Shown: in pieces, positions 27,294-36,175 of the stretch
How positions within the stretch are numbered: the stretch's first letter is position 1
Layout of the letters: every line of letters starts with the position of its first letter
Origin: a virus
Taxonomy: Duplodnaviria > Caudoviricetes
Virus record (IMG/VR): IMGVR_UViG_3300025141_000018
Reading direction: 5' to 3' (one strand)
DNA: 64,000 nt
Translations under genes and position numbers: made by a program
Notes under the pieces: model-generated
Told to the model about the DNA's origin: nothing
The model's database searches: none
What the model saw: only the letters and a program-made list of their open reading frames with translations

Positions 27294-28223
27294 TTATTCA
27301 AATAAAACGGATATTGATTCGTCGTGATTTACTCTACGAATTGCTTCTGAAAAGATCTCTGCAACAGAGATTATATTGACATGTTTGTTATCGCAAGGTA
27401 TTGTGTCGGTTATGTTCAGTTTCGCTATTGCTCCAGACTGTTTCATCTTGTCTGCACCTTCCTTGCTTAATACTCCGTGTGTTATATATGCTTGCACTTC
27501 TTCGGCGCCGTCTCTTAAGAGGGCCTGTGCCGCCTTGATTAATGTTCCTCCAGTATCTACGATATCGTCGATAATTATACATTGCTTCCCCTTAACGTTA
27601 CCAATGACATTCATTGCTTCGGACTCGTTAGCCCTATCTCGTCTTTTATCGATAATAGCAATATCACAATCTAATGCTTTTGCTAGTGATCTTGCTCGTG
27701 GAACACCTCCTGCATCGGGGGAAACAATAACGCCATTTCCTGCTTTCCCAATCATCGGGCTGTTGTTTAATTTTTTTACAAACAACGGTTTTGCTTTTAA
27801 ATCGTCTACAGGAATATCAAAAAACCCTTGTATTTGTCCTGCATGTAAATCCATTGTTAATACTCGATTAGCACCTGCTGATTCTATCATGTTTGCTACC
27901 AATTTGGCAGTAATCGGTGTTCTTGATCTAGATTTACGATCTTGTCTGCCATACCCATAATAAGGTACTACGGCAGTTATTCTACCTGCACTTGCTCTTT
28001 TACATGCATCTATTAAAATTAATAATTCCATTAAATTATCATTTGCTGGATTGCATGTACTTTGTATTATAAAAACGTCCTCGCCACGAACGTTATCTTT
28101 TACCTCTACCCAAATTTCATTATCAGCAAACCGTGTAACCAATGTTTCAGTTAGCCCACCATTTGCTAATTTAGCAATCGCCTCTGCTAATGGTTTATTT
28201 GAATTTCCTGCTATTAACTTCAT
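27294..28223 (-). CDS. prs: ribose-phosphate pyrophosphokinase
   Basis: FADNE, PYYGYGRQDRK, DLHAGQIQGFF, VSPDAGGV, IIDDIVDTGGT, THG. Confidence 0.97.
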   Translation of the reverse strand: MKLIAGNSNKPLAEAIAKLANGGLTETLVTRFADNEIWVEVKDNVRGEDVFIIQSTCNPANDNLMELLILIDACKRASAGRITAVVPYYGYGRQDRKSRSRTPITAKLVANMIESAGANRVLTMDLHAGQIQGFFDIPVDDLKAKPLFVKKLNNSPMIGKAGNGVIVSPDAGGVPRARSLAKALDCDIAIIDKRRDRANESEAMNVIGNVKGKQCIIIDDIVDTGGTLIKAAQALLRDGAEEVQAYITHGVLSKEGADKMKQSGAIAKLNITDTIPCDNKHVNIISVAEIFSEAIRRVNHDESISVLFE

Positions 28224-28744
28224 TAAAGTGTCTCCGTAAAATATGTTGAGAAGTTGTATTGGTTTTTCTTCTTAAAAAGATAATTCCATAACCATTTGTA
28301 CCAAGGTACCACCCCGGTCTCAAACGTAAATATTTTACCTTTTGGTTTTGAATTGTATATATTAACATCGTCGATATATGCATAACTTTCTGCTTGTTTG
28401 GGATTAAATTTCTTCTCCCATGCAGGACTTATAGCATATATTATATGACCGTCATGTGCTTGTCGAGGAACAACTTGTGGAATGTACTGTACCGCTTCGC
28501 CAAATGCACATGTATAATGTACAAATTCGCTGACTGGATAAACAGTTTCCTCTCCTGGATTACCATACATAAAAACACAAGTTTTTCCTCCAGGATCTCT
28601 TGCTTTACATATATGTAAATCTCCAAATTGTTTTTTTACAACCTCTGAATAATTTGTCGCTTTAAAATGTTTCCTTGCGGTCATAGGTTGTAATTGTGTT
28701 TTATTAATATTTTCTATTATGATTAATAAATCTTCAATCTTCAT
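28223..28744 (-). CDS. hypothetical protein
   Basis: 173-aa ORF coupled to neighbours. Confidence 0.6.
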   Translation of the reverse strand: MKIEDLLIIIENINKTQLQPMTARKHFKATNYSEVVKKQFGDLHICKARDPGGKTCVFMYGNPGEETVYPVSEFVHYTCAFGEAVQYIPQVVPRQAHDGHIIYAISPAWEKKFNPKQAESYAYIDDVNIYNSKPKGKIFTFETGVVPWYKWLWNYLFKKKNQYNFSTYFTETL

Positions 28745-29036
28745 TGACTATTATAAATTTGCTTCCATCATGTTGTTCGGTTAAACGTATTTGACAACCC
28801 AATTTTGAATCGTCATATCTATTTAATGCATAGGCATCTAAAGTTGCATCTTCTTCTTCGTTTACTGGATCAATAGTTCCAGTTACTCGAACATGGCATG
28901 TTGCACAATCGCAACATCCGCCACAAATACCAACTCCATGATCTAAATTATTACGAACAATACATGTTAATAATGTTTCGTTAATATTAAAATCAACGTC
29001 ATTCGTTCTTCCGAGTTTATCTATTATTGTAATCAT
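28734..29036 (-). CDS. [2Fe-2S] ferredoxin (adrenodoxin/Fdx type)
   Basis: CGGCCDCATCHV...SKLGCQI. Confidence 0.9.
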   Translation of the reverse strand: MITIIDKLGRTNDVDFNINETLLTCIVRNNLDHGVGICGGCCDCATCHVRVTGTIDPVNEEEDATLDAYALNRYDDSKLGCQIRLTEQHDGSKFIIVNED

Positions 29037-30058
29037 TTTTCCCTTAATATATCACATGTTATACAATGTAGTCCATGATCAAAAAACCATCTATGACGAA
29101 GGGGAACTGTAATAAGTTCGTGTCCTTCTTGTTCAATTTTCTTTTTTAAATTGCTATCAGTACCGACTGTTAAACTGAGATCAGGATTGATTGTTAACAT
29201 ATTTACATCGAAATGAGTTTCGTATGCTCTGCCAGTCCAATTACTAAAATTGGCATTAATTGTTTCTACTACTTCTTTGGGGTTATCTCCATCAAAACCT
29301 GCTATATCCCATTCACCATCTGTTAACGAATGTATCGCATCTGAATAATTTATTGCACCCTCGTCGTGACCTATTACATTAAAACCAAATTTATTACAAA
29401 AAAGATGTGTCCAATTTGGGAATGTTCTGTTTAAGTCTTTTTCAGAAACACGTTGAGAATAAACTACTAATCCTTCTCTTAATGTTGCCATTGCGGCATC
29501 TACATGTCCTGATATATCTGTTTTAATGTATTTTGTATCTTTAGGAAAAACTGGTTTTAATACTTCAAATTCTTCATCTGTTATTTCCTTACCAATAATT
29601 AAAGTATCATTACATCTAAAAATACATGGTATGTGCATTTTCCGATATTGTGTTTTATTAAACGATGTTATATCATTATCTATAATATCTTCAAATAATG
29701 TTACCATTTCTGTAAGACCAATAACTACGTCTTTATAAACTATTATTTCATTTCGTGGAGAAATAGGAATAGGTAACTTTTTAAATTCAGGATCCCAGGT
29801 ATCAAGTCGTTCTAGGTATTTGGTTTGCCATTTTTCAAAAGCAAACGGTCTTAATACTTTAACACCGTGTTGTTCTAAAATGTGTTGGATGTTATTTAAA
29901 TCTTCTTCTGTTTCCTGTGCAATTTTCATTAGCCAGGGTTTTATAGCATCAAACTGACTAAAATTTAAAGTTTTTTTTAATAAATCTGGTGGTATGAAAT
30001 CTCCCAACATAACTATTTTGAGAGGATCCCAACCATTTTCCGAATATGCATGAATCAT
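29033..30058 (-). CDS. amidinotransferase (pentein) family protein
   Basis: SENGWDPLK, PRN, GHVDA, C-terminal GLHCITCD. Confidence 0.8.
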   Translation of the reverse strand: MIHAYSENGWDPLKIVMLGDFIPPDLLKKTLNFSQFDAIKPWLMKIAQETEEDLNNIQHILEQHGVKVLRPFAFEKWQTKYLERLDTWDPEFKKLPIPISPRNEIIVYKDVVIGLTEMVTLFEDIIDNDITSFNKTQYRKMHIPCIFRCNDTLIIGKEITDEEFEVLKPVFPKDTKYIKTDISGHVDAAMATLREGLVVYSQRVSEKDLNRTFPNWTHLFCNKFGFNVIGHDEGAINYSDAIHSLTDGEWDIAGFDGDNPKEVVETINANFSNWTGRAYETHFDVNMLTINPDLSLTVGTDSNLKKKIEQEGHELITVPLRHRWFFDHGLHCITCDILREK

Positions 30059-31050
30059 TTTTTTAACTTCTCTTGTAATGCCGTGCTTGTCGTAGTATAC
30101 ATAAATTCAGGATCGGATTTATGTATTCTTTTATATGCTTCTTGAACTGCTAATGTTGTTTCATGAAATCCAGATAAAATTAATTTTAGTTTGCCTGGAT
30201 ATATATTACAATCACCTACTGCAAATATACCTGGTGTGCTTGATTGGAACTTTTCTGTATCAACAGGTATACGTTTATCAACATTGTATATATCTTGTGG
30301 TATTCCATTAATAGCATTTATATCTGTAAGCAATCCAAAAAACATAAAAACTTTATCTGCTTTAAGAGTAACTCGCTCGCCTTTTTTGTTTATTGTTATT
30401 TTGTTACCTTCTATTTTTTCAGGTTTCCATCCAAAGAATTTTCTAATATTATCTTCATTTTTAACTGCTTCTACATTGGCAGGTACTGCTTTAAATTTAT
30501 CTGATCTATGTACAAGTGTTAATCTACATTTACTATGTAGTTCTAATGCCCAATCAATAGCAGAATCGCCTCCTCCAAAAATAACAACATCATCACCTAT
30601 AATTTCGTCGATATTTTTTACTGCAAAATCAACTATATTATCTGCTTCTGCTTTAGCAAGCCCGTGTACTTCAGGACGCCTTGCTATAAATTTTCCTGGT
30701 CCAGATGCTAAGAAAATATTCCTAGTCATTAATGTTTCACCATTTGATAGTTCAACTGTATAATTTCCAATTTCGTGTCGTTGTACAACTTTTACATCTG
30801 TATTTAAAAAATATGTTGGATCAAATGGTTTTATTTGTTCCTCTAATGCTTTAACATGTTCTTTAGCAGTTTGGTAAGGAACACCTGGTATATCATATAT
30901 TGGTTTTTCAGGATACAATTCTATGCATTGCCCACCTACTTGACTTAGTGAGTCAATTAATGCACATTTTAAATTAAGTAAACCTGCTTCAAATACTGTA
31001 AAGAGTCCAACAGGTCCGGCTCCTACAATTACAATGTCAAAATTTTTCAT
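30055..31050 (-). CDS. ferredoxin-NADP reductase (TrxB-like)
   Basis: GAGPVG, GGQCIELYPEKPIYDIPG, GGGDSAIDW, FAVGD..YPGKLKLILSGF. Confidence 0.9.
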   Translation of the reverse strand: MKNFDIVIVGAGPVGLFTVFEAGLLNLKCALIDSLSQVGGQCIELYPEKPIYDIPGVPYQTAKEHVKALEEQIKPFDPTYFLNTDVKVVQRHEIGNYTVELSNGETLMTRNIFLASGPGKFIARRPEVHGLAKAEADNIVDFAVKNIDEIIGDDVVIFGGGDSAIDWALELHSKCRLTLVHRSDKFKAVPANVEAVKNEDNIRKFFGWKPEKIEGNKITINKKGERVTLKADKVFMFFGLLTDINAINGIPQDIYNVDKRIPVDTEKFQSSTPGIFAVGDCNIYPGKLKLILSGFHETTLAVQEAYKRIHKSDPEFMYTTTSTALQEKLKK

Positions 31051-31547
31051 GCTAAATGCTCCAAATCAATGTGTATATTCTTTTGAGTAAAATAATCATG
31101 TATCATATAAGTTTGTATATAATATTCTTTATCTCCTGCTACATAGTCTGTTTTCTTTTCTATTTTTCTTATGTCAATTGATTTTGATTGTTGAGTATAT
31201 CTCAATTCTGTAATATGAGAAAAACCAACTTCAGAAAAATACGTTTTGTAAATCGGACCATGAAATATATTAATTATATGTACATTACCAAGGAATTTTT
31301 TTAATCCCGGAATAGCATCTTGTATATTAATGTTATTTAAAACCGTATCTGATTTAATACCAAAATTAGGAAAGCAAAAGTTTTCTGCTAGGATTATTTT
31401 ATTTTTTATAAAAACGTTTGACGCTATATCATATAATACTTGATGCCCAATATACCTGTTATGATCTCTGTTTTCATATTTTAATATATTAGGTTGTTCT
31501 TCAAAATATATAATTAGATGATTAAGATATGCGTCCTGGTATGTCAT
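31047..31547 (-). CDS. hypothetical protein
   Basis: 166-aa ORF coupled to neighbours. Confidence 0.55.
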   Translation of the reverse strand: MTYQDAYLNHLIIYFEEQPNILKYENRDHNRYIGHQVLYDIASNVFIKNKIILAENFCFPNFGIKSDTVLNNINIQDAIPGLKKFLGNVHIINIFHGPIYKTYFSEVGFSHITELRYTQQSKSIDIRKIEKKTDYVAGDKEYYIQTYMIHDYFTQKNIHIDLEHLA

Positions 31548-31828
31548 AATGCTTTAAGTGAAAATTCAAGTGGCATATTATTGATACGAGAAATTTTTGT
31601 TGCTTCGATTGTTTTTTGTTCTGCTATCTCATAACTGTAGGTACCTAAGGCAACATTGTCTGAACTTTTACATTTTTCAATTAATTGCATACTAATGGTT
31701 TCGGGGATATTGAATACATGTTCCATGACTTTAAGTAAAAAATCATCCGGAGTTGCTACACTATATTCAATAATGACAGCATACTTACTTGGAGGTATCT
31801 GCCTATCTTTAAGTTCAACATCATTCAT
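31544..31828 (-). CDS. degenerate ClpS-like protein
   Basis: YAVII..TPDDF..VF..GTYSYEIAEQK..PL retains the ClpS pattern but lacks NDD. Confidence 0.7.
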   Translation of the reverse strand: MNDVELKDRQIPPSKYAVIIEYSVATPDDFLLKVMEHVFNIPETISMQLIEKCKSSDNVALGTYSYEIAEQKTIEATKISRINNMPLEFSLKAL

Positions 31829-31850
31829 ACATATATTTAATTAAATTTAA

Positions 31851-31878
31851 AGTGGGGGCTTCTCTCCATGCCCCCACA
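31851..31878 (-). terminator. GC hairpin terminator
   Basis: gtgggggc...gcccccac with T-run on the minus strand. Confidence 0.6.
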
Positions 31879-31886
31879 TAAATTAA

Positions 31887-32180
31887 TTATTCAGCGTCAG
31901 TTTCTTCATTTCCATCTCGTTTTTCAACGAACGAATAAAGTTCTTCTGCTTTTTTCTTAATGTTACTAATTGAATAAGTTTCTGGTTGGAGGCTTTTGTA
32001 AAGTTCCATATTTGCTTCGCCTTGTTCTTTTGCAAGTTCCCACATTTGATATGAAAATTCTTCTTTACGTTTCATTGATTCTTGAAGATATTGTTGTGCC
32101 ATCTCAAGTAATCTAAATCTAAGTTCAAATGGATTTGACATAATTATTCCTTTCTGTGTGTGTGTGAATGTGTGTGTCAA
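31887..32180 (-). CDS. phage hypothetical protein
   Basis: likely start at MSNPFELRFRLLEMAQ after SD AAGGA. Confidence 0.6.
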   Translation of the reverse strand: MTHTFTHTQKGIIMSNPFELRFRLLEMAQQYLQESMKRKEEFSYQMWELAKEQGEANMELYKSLQPETYSISNIKKKAEELYSFVEKRDGNEETDAE

Positions 32181-32182
32181 AG

Positions 32183-32212
32183 TGTGGGGGTTTCTAAATT
32201 GAAGCCCCCACT
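32183..32212 (-). terminator. GC hairpin terminator after hsp20
   Basis: gtggggg...cccccac. Confidence 0.55.
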
Positions 32213-32219
32213 GAAAATA

Positions 32220-32681
32220 TTAATTAACTATAATAGGGATTTCCTTGGGCTTTTCTTCCTCAGGTATATCCTGTTCTAAGTCAATTACCAGCATGCCGTT
32301 TGTAAGAGTTGCATTTTTAACAAGTACATGCGGGCCTAAGCGAAAAGTTCTCTCAAAAGAACGATTTGCAATACCGCGATGAACTAGACATGTTGTATTG
32401 TCTCCTTCATCTGCTTTGTCTTCTATTGCACCTTTAACTGTAAGGTTACGTTCTTTTTGCGTAACTTTTATATCGCCTTCACCAAAGCCAGCAATGGCCA
32501 TTGAAATTATCCATTTACCGTCCTCGATTTGCTCGATGTTGTAGGGTGGATACCCTGTGGATGTTCCGCTATATGAATTAGAGAACTGCTCTAAGTCCCT
32601 AAACATGCGGTCCATTCCAACCGTAAATGGTGTAAGTGAAGTAATGAAATCGTTAAGATTTCCAGTGTGAATTCTAGTCAT
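32220..32681 (-). CDS. small heat shock protein Hsp20 (IbpA-like)
   Basis: YPPYNI, AIAGF, HRGIANRSFERTF, L.NGML.IDL..IPEEEKPKEI; start at MTRIH. Confidence 0.95.
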   Translation of the reverse strand: MTRIHTGNLNDFITSLTPFTVGMDRMFRDLEQFSNSYSGTSTGYPPYNIEQIEDGKWIISMAIAGFGEGDIKVTQKERNLTVKGAIEDKADEGDNTTCLVHRGIANRSFERTFRLGPHVLVKNATLTNGMLVIDLEQDIPEEEKPKEIPIIVN

Positions 32682-32685
32682 AATC

Positions 32686-32705
32686 TTCTCCTGTATAAGC
32701 AAGAA
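32686..32705 (-). promoter_or_regulatory. ROSE-like RNA thermometer SD hairpin
   Basis: UUCUUGCU-UAUAC-AGGAGAA pairs over the SD with a bulged G in UUGCU. Confidence 0.7.
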
Positions 32706-32826
32706 TAATAATTTTGAGATGAACCACCATTGGTCTCACCTCTGGTAACAAGTGTTGAAACACCTTACCTAAACTCATAATTGGATCGACGATACGTCCG
32801 TATCACTTACATTATGAGTTGTTACT

Positions 32827-32855
32827 ATTGTAACAAAAATATTTATCAAAGTCAA
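32827..32855 (-). promoter_or_regulatory. sigma70-like promoter with nested TAAATA
   Basis: TTGACTttgaTAAATAtttttgtTACAAT (17-nt spacer). Confidence 0.6.
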
Positions 32856-33061
32856 TATCTCTTTTGATACTGCTCAATTAGTTTTTGATTACGTTTTCTA
32901 ATCCGTGCCTTAGCACGTTCTTTTTTAAGCCTGCGTTTTTCGCCAGGCTTTGTAAAATATTGTTTTTCTCTTAATACATTAAATGTATTTTCGTTGTTTA
33001 CTAGTCTTTTTAATTTTTTGATCGCTTTGTCTGGATGGCCTATTACTATTACTGTTATCAT
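32852..33061 (-). CDS. rpsU: ribosomal protein bS21
   Basis: DKAIKKLKR..LREKQYFTKPGEKRR; ATGA overlap with IF3 stop. Confidence 0.85.
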   Translation of the reverse strand: MITVIVIGHPDKAIKKLKRLVNNENTFNVLREKQYFTKPGEKRRLKKERAKARIRKRNQKLIEQYQKRY

Positions 33062-33591
33062 TCTGCGGTTATTATGCAACTAAATCGGCCATGTGTCCTA
33101 CTAATGCTTGAATCAAATTTGACATTATCCAGTGCCTCAAGCACCCTATCAAAAAATGATTTATAATCAAACAGAGCTATTTCTCTGCCTTTAGTCTTTA
33201 CAACGACTTTGACCTTACTGCCTTTATTTATAAAATCTTTAATTTTTCGACACTTTGTTTCAAAGTCATGTTGATCAATGGATGGTCTGAAATCCATCTC
33301 TTTCAATTGGGTTAATTTCTGTTGCTTTTTTTGTTGTTTTTTAATCTTTTGTTGATCAAAGTTAAACTTAGCATAATCTATAATTTTACATACAGGTGGG
33401 TTAGAAGTTGGATTGATACATACCAAATCCAACCCTGCATCTTCTGCTATATATAATGCTTTACCCGGCGATACTAATCCATGATTCTGCTTTTCAGAAT
33501 CAATCAATCTTACTTGTTTAAAACGTAAACAATCTCTATTAGTTAGGTTGTTCTTTTTAGGTGGTTGCCTATAAACCTTTTGTCTTCTCAA
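33058..33591 (-). CDS. infC: translation initiation factor IF-3
   Basis: VRLID, GLDLVCI..PPVCKIIDY, KEMDFRPSIDQHDFETK, KGRE. Confidence 0.92.
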   Translation of the reverse strand: MRRQKVYRQPPKKNNLTNRDCLRFKQVRLIDSEKQNHGLVSPGKALYIAEDAGLDLVCINPTSNPPVCKIIDYAKFNFDQQKIKKQQKKQQKLTQLKEMDFRPSIDQHDFETKCRKIKDFINKGSKVKVVVKTKGREIALFDYKSFFDRVLEALDNVKFDSSISRTHGRFSCIITAE

Positions 33592-33603
33592 TTTCTCTCC
33601 TTC

Positions 33604-34005
33604 TTAGGGTGCAAAGTCTTCTGCTTGTTGCAGGGTGTCAATAAAATGTTCTATGGTAGTAAATATTTGACATAAACTACCAAATGATAATATCTTAGTA
33701 ATAGATTCATTCTTGCCAATTAATATTACAAATTTGTCAATAAGATAAGGAGATATCCAATATACATCCTTATCCTTAAACTCTAAATCAAAAATTACAG
33801 AATCAACATGTGCTAAATTTAATAATAGCCAATCGTAATTTTTTCCAACAAAAATATAAAACGTTAAATTACTTTCTAAGTATAGTGATTCGTATTCGGT
33901 TATTATTTGTTCTGTAAACGATAAGTTATCGCTTATGATAATAATTTTTTTACCAATTGAGGGAATTAAAATGCTAGGTTCAGTTATCTGAATTGTTTCT
34001 GACAT
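33604..34005 (-). CDS. hypothetical protein
   Basis: 133-aa ORF. Confidence 0.55.
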   Translation of the reverse strand: MSETIQITEPSILIPSIGKKIIIISDNLSFTEQIITEYESLYLESNLTFYIFVGKNYDWLLLNLAHVDSVIFDLEFKDKDVYWISPYLIDKFVILIGKNESITKILSFGSLCQIFTTIEHFIDTLQQAEDFAP

Positions 34006-34008
34006 AAT

Positions 34009-35571
34009 TTATTTTGTTAGAGTTGCCCGTTTATGCATTGCGGCTTTTAATTGATTATAAACAGTTTCTCTTGTCTCCGGATCAACTTTTGCTAATGCCT
34101 CTGCTATTTCTGGTTCTCTTAAGATGTGTTCTACATGTCTTTCAAGTTTATGTTCATCTCGTTCATCGATCCTCCACGTAGGACCTTCTGCTTTTTCTTT
34201 TTCTTCAAGTTCGTCTAACTCGCCTAATATGTCATCTACTATTTCGTCGGCGACAGATTCGCCTTCACCGGATGGTGCTATATCTTCTGCTTCTTCTTCT
34301 TTTGGCTCAGGTGTAGGTTCATCTTTTTCTTCAATCTCTGGCATCTCTTCAATAATGTCAGGCACTTGATCAGGTCTAACTTCTGTGCTACTGTCAGGCG
34401 TTGTTGGCCCGGGGAGTGGTCTATCTTCCATAATAGGTTGTTCAAATCCATCATCATATTCTTTCCTTCCTCTTGCCCAAACTATTGTCATATTTCCTGC
34501 AATTACAAGTAAAACGGCCAATGGATCAAAAACAAATATTAATGTTATTATAACACCTCTTACGGCAGAGTCAAGCATATTTTTTGCATCCTCACCATAA
34601 ATCATATCTGCAATATATTTTACCGGACCTACTTCTACTTCTAATTGTCTAAATTTACTTTCAAATTTTAATTTGTTAGTTCGTGCGTTGTCAGCAACTA
34701 CTTGTTCTTTCTCAATAAATCCTTCTAATTGAGCAACTTTAGCATCTACATCTTCTGTTTTTAATTGTGCTTGTGTTCTTAACCCTGCTATTCTTGCATT
34801 GATGTCTTCTATTTGTGATGCATATTTTTTATCTACTTCTGCAAAGTCTTTACGTAATCGCTCGTTTATTTTTCTAATCTTATCTCTTGCTACCCACGAA
34901 ACACCTCTATCTCTTTTACGTACTTTGTCTATTGCTATTTCTTTTTCAGACTTGCCTGTTTCTTCATCTATTTTACCTTCAGCTCTTTTATCTAATAATG
35001 CTAAATCATTTTTAGTACGTTCTGCATATTCTACTAATTTACTATCCTGTACTGCAACTTGTTCGTTGGCTATTGTTTTAAACTGGTCCTTTTCTTGTTT
35101 AATTCTTTCGTAAATTACATTTAATGCTTCTTGTTCAGTTTTAACTAAATTATCTACCCGAAAGTTTTCACCGCGATTAAGTCGTCCAATTTCTTCATTC
35201 CATCGTATAATCTTTGATTTAGCCCTCACTAACTTTTCTTCATATACATCTATTTGTGCGATAGACTCTTCAGTCATAGCACTTTGTTCAAGATGGGCCT
35301 TTGAGAGGTAACCAAAAATACCCATAGAAGTTATGAGCATTAATATAATAACTGATATTAAAAGGTATGATCTTATTAATTTGGGAATTCTAGGCCAGAA
35401 CTGATATAACCAACTTGCAGTAACAAGTTTTCCAACTTCTAATACTGTACCCATAATTGCTATGGATAAAGTCGCACCGCTGAAAATAGCCATTAGGCCT
35501 ACTATTGAATAGTAGGCCGCTGTTGCTGATATACATAGTGCCGTAAAAAGTACAAAGAGTGCAAAAATCAT
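34009..35571 (-). CDS. membrane-anchored coiled-coil protein
   Basis: N-terminal TM helices (AAYYSIVGL, LEVGKLV, GIFGYLSKAH), long coiled coil, EVGPVKYIA, FDPLAV, acidic tail. Confidence 0.75.
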   Translation of the reverse strand: MIFALFVLFTALCISATAAYYSIVGLMAIFSGATLSIAIMGTVLEVGKLVTASWLYQFWPRIPKLIRSYLLISVIILMLITSMGIFGYLSKAHLEQSAMTEESIAQIDVYEEKLVRAKSKIIRWNEEIGRLNRGENFRVDNLVKTEQEALNVIYERIKQEKDQFKTIANEQVAVQDSKLVEYAERTKNDLALLDKRAEGKIDEETGKSEKEIAIDKVRKRDRGVSWVARDKIRKINERLRKDFAEVDKKYASQIEDINARIAGLRTQAQLKTEDVDAKVAQLEGFIEKEQVVADNARTNKLKFESKFRQLEVEVGPVKYIADMIYGEDAKNMLDSAVRGVIITLIFVFDPLAVLLVIAGNMTIVWARGRKEYDDGFEQPIMEDRPLPGPTTPDSSTEVRPDQVPDIIEEMPEIEEKDEPTPEPKEEEAEDIAPSGEGESVADEIVDDILGELDELEEKEKAEGPTWRIDERDEHKLERHVEHILREPEIAEALAKVDPETRETVYNQLKAAMHKRATLTK

Positions 35572-35577
35572 GTATAA

Positions 35578-36153
35578 TTAGACTACTGCTGTCACTGCGA
35601 TATTAGCATTACCGCCGACTGCCTCGATATTTGTAATTGTATCGACGGCCGCGGCTGCGACGCTCTCAATCTTGTGTTGATGTCCTTGTCCAGTTCGAAC
35701 TGATATATTTGCGTATGTCATTCTGTTTGATGTTCTAGCGGTTGCCATTGCGGTTGCCACTGCACGTTTAACTGCCGGGATATCGGTAAGATATGCACTT
35801 CCGTCCCAAAATTTTGGTTGGCCACTAAATTCTGCCGTAATATCTAAAGCAGTGGCTACACCGTTGGTATGTGTTATAGTTGCTCCTGTTGCAAAATAAC
35901 ATTCAATTAGATTAGCATTACAAGAACCTAATTGTTCTATGATCTGCTTCCAACGCATATTTCCACGTTCTACTGCGAGTTGTTTATTTTCTGTATTCAT
36001 TGCAGTTCCTGCTTCTTCTAACTGTTGGGAACTTTGATGAAATACAGTACCTTCGTTTGCACTTGGTGCTGACATTGCTGATAAGGCGATCTTATATCTT
36101 CGATCTACTTTTCCGCCTTGATGTTGTAATTGTTTAATGTATCCGTCGTTCAT
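35578..36153 (-). CDS. hypothetical protein
   Basis: 191-aa Ala-rich ORF with SD GGAG. Confidence 0.7.
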   Translation of the reverse strand: MNDGYIKQLQHQGGKVDRRYKIALSAMSAPSANEGTVFHQSSQQLEEAGTAMNTENKQLAVERGNMRWKQIIEQLGSCNANLIECYFATGATITHTNGVATALDITAEFSGQPKFWDGSAYLTDIPAVKRAVATAMATARTSNRMTYANISVRTGQGHQHKIESVAAAAVDTITNIEAVGGNANIAVTAVV

Positions 36154-36175
36154 TTATTATCTCCGAACTTTTGTA

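Noticed and set aside
27376-30763. Long plus-strand antisense ORFs (e.g. 27376-27960, 30191-30763)
   Set aside because: Shadow frames opposite well-supported genes, with no SD or recognisable motifs.
31851-32212. 12-bp inverted repeats (AGTGGGGGCTTC) flanking a gene, as a MITE
   Set aside because: Each copy is one arm of a local terminator hairpin; no target duplication or transposase.
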